Shown here piece after piece: positions 59,442 through 64,000 of a DNA stretch of 64,000 nucleotides. The DNA lies in NCBI GenBank assembly GCA_964291405.2, contig OZ219926.1:4544001-4608000 (forward strand), given 5' to 3'. The stretch comes from Thermodesulfobacteriota bacterium (GTDB taxonomy: Bacteria > Desulfobacterota > Binatia > Bin18). The notes below the pieces were generated by a model that saw only the letters and a list, made by a program, of their open reading frames with translations, ran no database searches and was not told where the DNA came from. The stretch's first letter is position 1; each line of letters opens with the position of its first letter. Both the position numbers and the translations under genes were made by a program.

Positions 59442-61847
59442 TTACTCCAGGGCAAACGTCCGGGTCTCTCCCGGCCTGAGTTCGGAGACCTGTCCTGCGA
59501 TGCCAATACGAGCCGGTGGATGCCAACCGGAGTCAAACGTCACGGACAGGGTCTGTTGCGTCGCGCTGACGGAGAACCAGTTGCCGCGGTATTGAAAGCG
59601 AAAGGCGAGGCCGGAGGACAGGACCTCAGGCAGACAGGGTCGAAACCAGACGGTATCTCCCCGTGTTTCCATGCCCATATAACAGCGCTGGATCAGGTCG
59701 ATGGTGCCGGCCATCACGCCGGCGTGAATCCCCTCTGCTGTCGTGCCGCCCTGAGTATCGTTGATGTCGCTTTCCAGGGCCTCAAGAAAGAGCTGCCACG
59801 AGCGCTGGGGGTCGATACGGGCCAAAACCCAGGCATGGACGACCCGGCTCAAGGTCGAGCCGTGCGAGGTTCGCTGAAAATAGTAGTCGATGGTCGCGCG
59901 AAGCGTGGCATGGTCCAGGGGGTAACCGAGCTGCCCGAGGAGGCGAATCACTTCATCCTCTGGGAGCAGATACAGCAACATGAGGGCGTCGGCCTGCTTG
60001 GTGACTTGATAGCGGTCCGGGCTGTCGTTCTCTGCCTCAAGAATGCGGTCGAGCCGATGAATGTTACCGTATTTTTCCCGATAGCCGTCCCAGTCAAACT
60101 CGCGCAAGGTTTCAAAACCCTCAAACTGGCTCAGAATACCGTCACCGTGGAAGACCACACGCATCTTCCTGGTGAGGTCTGCCCAGCGTCCAAGGGTCCG
60201 CTCACTCAACTCCAGTTGTGATCGGAGGAGCTTGCTTCTCTCCGTCGGCAGGAGGGCTAGGACATCGAGGGCGCGCTGGAGGGTCCAGACCGCCATGACG
60301 TTGGTATAGGCGTTGTTGTTCAGACCGGGCGTCTCGGAGTCAGGATAGCTTTCGTGGTATTCGTCCGGTCCCATCACGCCACGGATTTCATAGCGGTCGA
60401 GCCCTGGGTTGTAGGTTGCGGCGCTGGCCCAGAAACGGGCAATATCCACTATCATCTCCGCGCCATAGAGCGATAAAAAGTCGGTATCCAAGGTCGCCTG
60501 GTAGTACTGCCAGACATTATAGGCAATAGCGATGTTCACGTGTCGTTGCAGCGCACTATGGTCGGGAATCCACCGCCCTGAACTGGGATTGAGATGGACG
60601 ACCTGACTTTCTTCGCGCCCGTCGCTGCCACTCTGCCAGGGATACATCGCGCCTTGGTACCCGGCCTGACGCGCGGCTATCCGCGCCTGGGGAAGGCGAC
60701 GGTAGCGATAGAGTAACAGGGCGCGGGTCAGCTCGGGCAGGCGGAAGGTGAAGAAAGGAAAGATAAACAGCTCATCCCAGAAAATATGCCCCCGATAGGC
60801 CTCACCGTGGAGGCCGCGCGCCGGGATACTGACATCGAGCTCGCGGGTATGAGCTGACACGGTTTGGAGCAGATGGAAGGCGTGCAGGCGTAATATGCGC
60901 TGTATCCGTGGCTGCTTGGCGACGACACTGTCGCACAGCTCCCAGGCACGCTGCCACGCCTGCGCATGTTGCCCCACGAGGGGCGTAAACCGCTCGGCGT
61001 GACGGATAGCCTGTTTCGCAGCCAAGCGGCACTCGCTCACTGCCGGGTCACGAGAGGTGAAGAGAGCTGCGATTTTCTCAACGGTGACGGTTTCTCCCGG
61101 AGCGACAGTGACCGCCATGTCCTGAGCGACATAGCCGGGCGCTGTCTGGGTCGTGCACTCAAGGGTGACACCTGTTGCCTGCCGGAAAAGCTGAGTCCGG
61201 GCGGCTTGCGCGATGGTGAGCTGGGACTGATTGGTACGGACCACAAGCGCTATCCCATCCTCGCCGATCGGCTGGCTGAGGAGGGCGTCCAGATGGTCGC
61301 TACGTAACTGTTGGTAGCGCTTCACCCCGGCATTGCGTACCCGTCCGTCCAGCGCGGAGCGAATCTGCAGCCTACCCGTCCAGTTCCCGGGAGTCAGGCT
61401 GAGGCTGATGCCCGCAAGGTGAGGGTCAGCCTGACTGACAAAACGCCGATAGCACAGGCGGGTCTCTCGGCCCTGTGGGTCACGAACGTGCAGCGTCCGC
61501 GTCAGGATGCCCTGTTTGAGGTCGAGCTCCCGTGTCCAGGTCAAAATTTCGTAGGCGTTCGGATGAAACCACTCTCCATCTTCTGGCCGAAAGGTCAGGC
61601 CGAGCCAGTTCGGGAGATTCACGAAATCTTCATTTTCAAGAGGGCGTCCAGCTATTTCTGTTTTCCGGCGATTATAGCCGCCAGCGAGATAGGTGCCCGG
61701 ATAGTGGACGGCATCAGCCGGGGTCTCTTCTGCCGATCCCCTGGTGGCAAAATAGCCGTTGCCGAGCGTACACAAGGTCTCCCGCAGACGCTCCTGCTTC
61801 GGGTCGAAGCCATCGAATCGGACTATCCAGTCAGTCTGTTCGGCCAT
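59442..61847 (-). CDS. Glycoside hydrolase family 65 (trehalose/maltose phosphorylase-like)
   Basis: TLGNGY, ARGLHGEAYRGHIFWDE, GPDEYH, KQAD, HGSTLS. Confidence 0.93.
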   Translation of the reverse strand: MAEQTDWIVRFDGFDPKQERLRETLCTLGNGYFATRGSAEETPADAVHYPGTYLAGGYNRRKTEIAGRPLENEDFVNLPNWLGLTFRPEDGEWFHPNAYEILTWTRELDLKQGILTRTLHVRDPQGRETRLCYRRFVSQADPHLAGISLSLTPGNWTGRLQIRSALDGRVRNAGVKRYQQLRSDHLDALLSQPIGEDGIALVVRTNQSQLTIAQAARTQLFRQATGVTLECTTQTAPGYVAQDMAVTVAPGETVTVEKIAALFTSRDPAVSECRLAAKQAIRHAERFTPLVGQHAQAWQRAWELCDSVVAKQPRIQRILRLHAFHLLQTVSAHTRELDVSIPARGLHGEAYRGHIFWDELFIFPFFTFRLPELTRALLLYRYRRLPQARIAARQAGYQGAMYPWQSGSDGREESQVVHLNPSSGRWIPDHSALQRHVNIAIAYNVWQYYQATLDTDFLSLYGAEMIVDIARFWASAATYNPGLDRYEIRGVMGPDEYHESYPDSETPGLNNNAYTNVMAVWTLQRALDVLALLPTERSKLLRSQLELSERTLGRWADLTRKMRVVFHGDGILSQFEGFETLREFDWDGYREKYGNIHRLDRILEAENDSPDRYQVTKQADALMLLYLLPEDEVIRLLGQLGYPLDHATLRATIDYYFQRTSHGSTLSRVVHAWVLARIDPQRSWQLFLEALESDINDTQGGTTAEGIHAGVMAGTIDLIQRCYMGMETRGDTVWFRPCLPEVLSSGLAFRFQYRGNWFSVSATQQTLSVTFDSGWHPPARIGIAGQVSELRPGETRTFALE

Positions 61848-61863
61848 GATCGGTCATGGGTCG

Positions 61864-63429
61864 TTATGCGGACAACGACGCGGCGAGGCTTTGGAGCAGG
61901 GTCTGGACCTGAGCGGGATGCTGAAGCGCATAGCGAGCCGCCGTCCGGCGCGGAGTATCGGCTACGACTATGGTAAGACCGCGTCCGGCCAAGGTGTAGA
62001 ACGCATCCTCATCGGTGATGTCATCGCCGATATAGATTGGGACGATGCCCGGGATACGGAGGGAGAGGGTGTCAAGCAGCCACAGGACGGCCTTGCCTTT
62101 GTGCCAATCGAGTCGTGGCTGAAGCTCGAAGACTTTTTTCCCCAGACCCTTACGGAGTTGCGAGTGATCCTTCAGTACTGCATCGACTAGCGTCTCAAGA
62201 TGTCCGACTTGTTCGGGCGCAACATTCCGAAAATGGACCGCGATGGTGAACTTCTTCCGCTCGACAAGTGCGCCAGGGATTGGGCTGAGCTGTTGGTGTA
62301 GGTGGGTTTCGACTGCATCAAGCAGCGGCAGAAATGCGAGTCCTTCGGCGTGCTGCATGCGCACTTGGTCAGGACCCGCAATGTCAAAGCCATGACTCCC
62401 GGCATAGTAGACGGATTCGAGTTGAACCAGGGTCTGAATGTCGGCACGGTCCCGGCCACTCACTATGGCAACCGGACACCGTTCGGCCAGCGTAGCAATG
62501 GTCTGTCGCATGTCAGACGCCAAGGTGGCGAGTTCGGGGCGGCTGACAATAGGGGTCAGCGTGCCATCGTAATCGAGAAAAACCACCGGCCGCTTCTCTT
62601 CCATACTATGGATGAAGGCCGGCAGATGGTCGAGGACAGACGGAAGGTTCAAGACGTTCCGGATACGTGGTTGCTCCGGAGTATCGTTGACCTGTACGTC
62701 CCCCAGGTCGGTCACAACCGCATCGGCTCCGTGCTGTTCCAGAGCGGCCTGATTGTCCTGTCTGGCAACGCCCAGAACCAGACCGAATCCGCCTCTATGC
62801 CCGGCCTCAACCCCTGAATTGGCATCCTCGACAATGGCCGCGCGCCCCGGCCTGACGTTCAGGCGCCGAGCTGCCTCCAGATAGGTATCCGGAGCCGGCT
62901 TGCCCGGCAGCTTATGGGCCGCACTCTCAACCCCATCGACACGAGTATCAAACAGGTTGGTCAGCCCGGCTTGCTCCAGCACGATTTTACAGTTCTTACT
63001 CGACGAAACGATTGCTATTTTGAGCCCTTTTTGGCGAAGCGCTTTGATAAGGACGATAGTCGATTCAAAGACCTCGACGCCTTTTTCTGCTAGACAGGCC
63101 AGGAAAGTGGAATTTTTCTTGTTTCCCAGCCCACAGACCGTTTCACGTGTACTATCGTCGTCCGGATCGCCATACGGGAGCGTAATGTCCCGTGCCGCAA
63201 GAAAGCTGGCCACGCCGTCATAGCGTTGTTTGCCGTCCACATACTGCAAATAGTCGGTCTCGGCGTCAAACGGCACAAACGGGGTGCGGTGTCTTTGCGC
63301 GAAACGGCTAAGGAACTCATCAAAGAGCGCCTTCCAGGCAACCGTATGTAGTTTTTCTGTTTGCGTCACCACTCCATCAAGGTCGAACAGAACCGCGTCA
63401 AAGTCTGTGGTTGAGATCGTAACCGGCAT
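61864..63429 (-). CDS. otsB: Beta-phosphoglucomutase-like HAD fused to trehalose-6-phosphate phosphatase
   Basis: FDLDGV...GKPAPD...EDA; second domain FLDYDGTL, SGR, GSHG, KGKA, GDDITDED. Confidence 0.88.
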   Translation of the reverse strand: MPVTISTTDFDAVLFDLDGVVTQTEKLHTVAWKALFDEFLSRFAQRHRTPFVPFDAETDYLQYVDGKQRYDGVASFLAARDITLPYGDPDDDSTRETVCGLGNKKNSTFLACLAEKGVEVFESTIVLIKALRQKGLKIAIVSSSKNCKIVLEQAGLTNLFDTRVDGVESAAHKLPGKPAPDTYLEAARRLNVRPGRAAIVEDANSGVEAGHRGGFGLVLGVARQDNQAALEQHGADAVVTDLGDVQVNDTPEQPRIRNVLNLPSVLDHLPAFIHSMEEKRPVVFLDYDGTLTPIVSRPELATLASDMRQTIATLAERCPVAIVSGRDRADIQTLVQLESVYYAGSHGFDIAGPDQVRMQHAEGLAFLPLLDAVETHLHQQLSPIPGALVERKKFTIAVHFRNVAPEQVGHLETLVDAVLKDHSQLRKGLGKKVFELQPRLDWHKGKAVLWLLDTLSLRIPGIVPIYIGDDITDEDAFYTLAGRGLTIVVADTPRRTAARYALQHPAQVQTLLQSLAASLSA

Positions 63430-63490
63430 GGCTGAAATCTGCGTGGGATGTTATGCGGGGTCTGCGGCTCGTGTGGGGTCCGCCGCGGGC

Positions 63491-64000
63491 CTATGAAGGG
63501 GAGCGGGTGGCGGCCATTTGTCTGAGTTTCGCCTGGAGCTTCCGCACCAACTCTTCATAGGAGCTCTTCCCGATAATACGATAAAATTGCGTGCGAAAAT
63601 TTCGGACCATACTAATATTCTCTACGACAACGTCATAGATGAGCCATTGCCCGTCGACCTGGTGCAGACGGTAATTGATCGAAAAATGCTTATTCTGAGA
63701 GGGAACGAAAATACGGGTGTTGACTTCGGCAAAATTCCCGTCAATCGTCTCCTGATCGTATAAAAACTCCACTTGATCCAAATATTTTTCAGCCTGCTTG
63801 TCAAAGGTTTCCCCATAGGATTTTTCGATGAGCTCGGTAAAAATTTCGATGAATTCTTCGCGCTGCTCCTCTGTTCGGTCACGCCAGTACACACCGAGGG
63901 TCCGCCGGGCAACCTCTCGTCTGTCAAACAAGGGTCGAACAATTTCGCTGACTTGCTTGATGCGTTTCTCTCGGAGGTGAGGGCCTCGATTCTCTGGAGC
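63491..64000 (-). CDS. mlaC: MlaC/ttg2D-family lipid-binding protein (5'-partial)
   Basis: ARRTLG.YW, WLIYDVVVENISMVRNFRTQF. Confidence 0.85.
   Translation of the reverse strand, partial: APENRGPHLREKRIKQVSEIVRPLFDRREVARRTLGVYWRDRTEEQREEFIEIFTELIEKSYGETFDKQAEKYLDQVEFLYDQETIDGNFAEVNTRIFVPSQNKHFSINYRLHQVDGQWLIYDVVVENISMVRNFRTQFYRIIGKSSYEELVRKLQAKLRQMAATRSPS

Noticed and set aside
59091-60221. 376-aa plus-strand ORF
   Set aside because: Antisense to GH65 and the MTase, no recognisable motifs; typical high-GC shadow ORF.

Overview
GC-rich bacterial chromosomal segment; the lpxD, asmA and mlaC genes indicate a diderm. The many LLM, TauD, CoA-transferase and amidohydrolase paralogs suggest a Binatia/Tectomicrobia-like lineage, which is inference only. 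Layout: (1) 1-12.5 kb, catabolic oxidoreductases and hydrolases plus a FitAB-like toxin-antitoxin (TA) pair. (2) 12.6-25.85 kb, a Type I restriction-modification operon (hsdM...hsdS...hsdR) whose two intergenic slots are packed with accessory genes. These are Fic, a zeta-like kinase pair, an uncharacterised Cys/His (HNH-like) protein with an AbiTii protein, several intact or broken TA modules, an IS5-family element and a nested-palindrome MITE. (3) 29.05-33.05 kb, an integrase-less ~4 kb island bounded by a 20-bp duplication of the tRNA-Arg(CCG) 3' end, carrying katG with an OxyR-type operator. (4) 33-43 kb, an aa3-type cytochrome c oxidase cluster with assembly genes, small membrane proteins and a polyferredoxin. 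(5) 43-64 kb, hisG, lpxD, storage-lipid genes (PhaC-like, WS/DGAT), AsmA, AbrB-VapC, an orphan DNA methyltransferase, a trehalose module and partial mlaC. The best candidate for an undescribed system is the HNH-like + AbiTii pair in the hsdS-hsdR slot, and the RM-embedded defence hotspot as a whole. No CRISPR, rRNA or integrase was seen. All family calls come from motif recognition by eye, not database searches.
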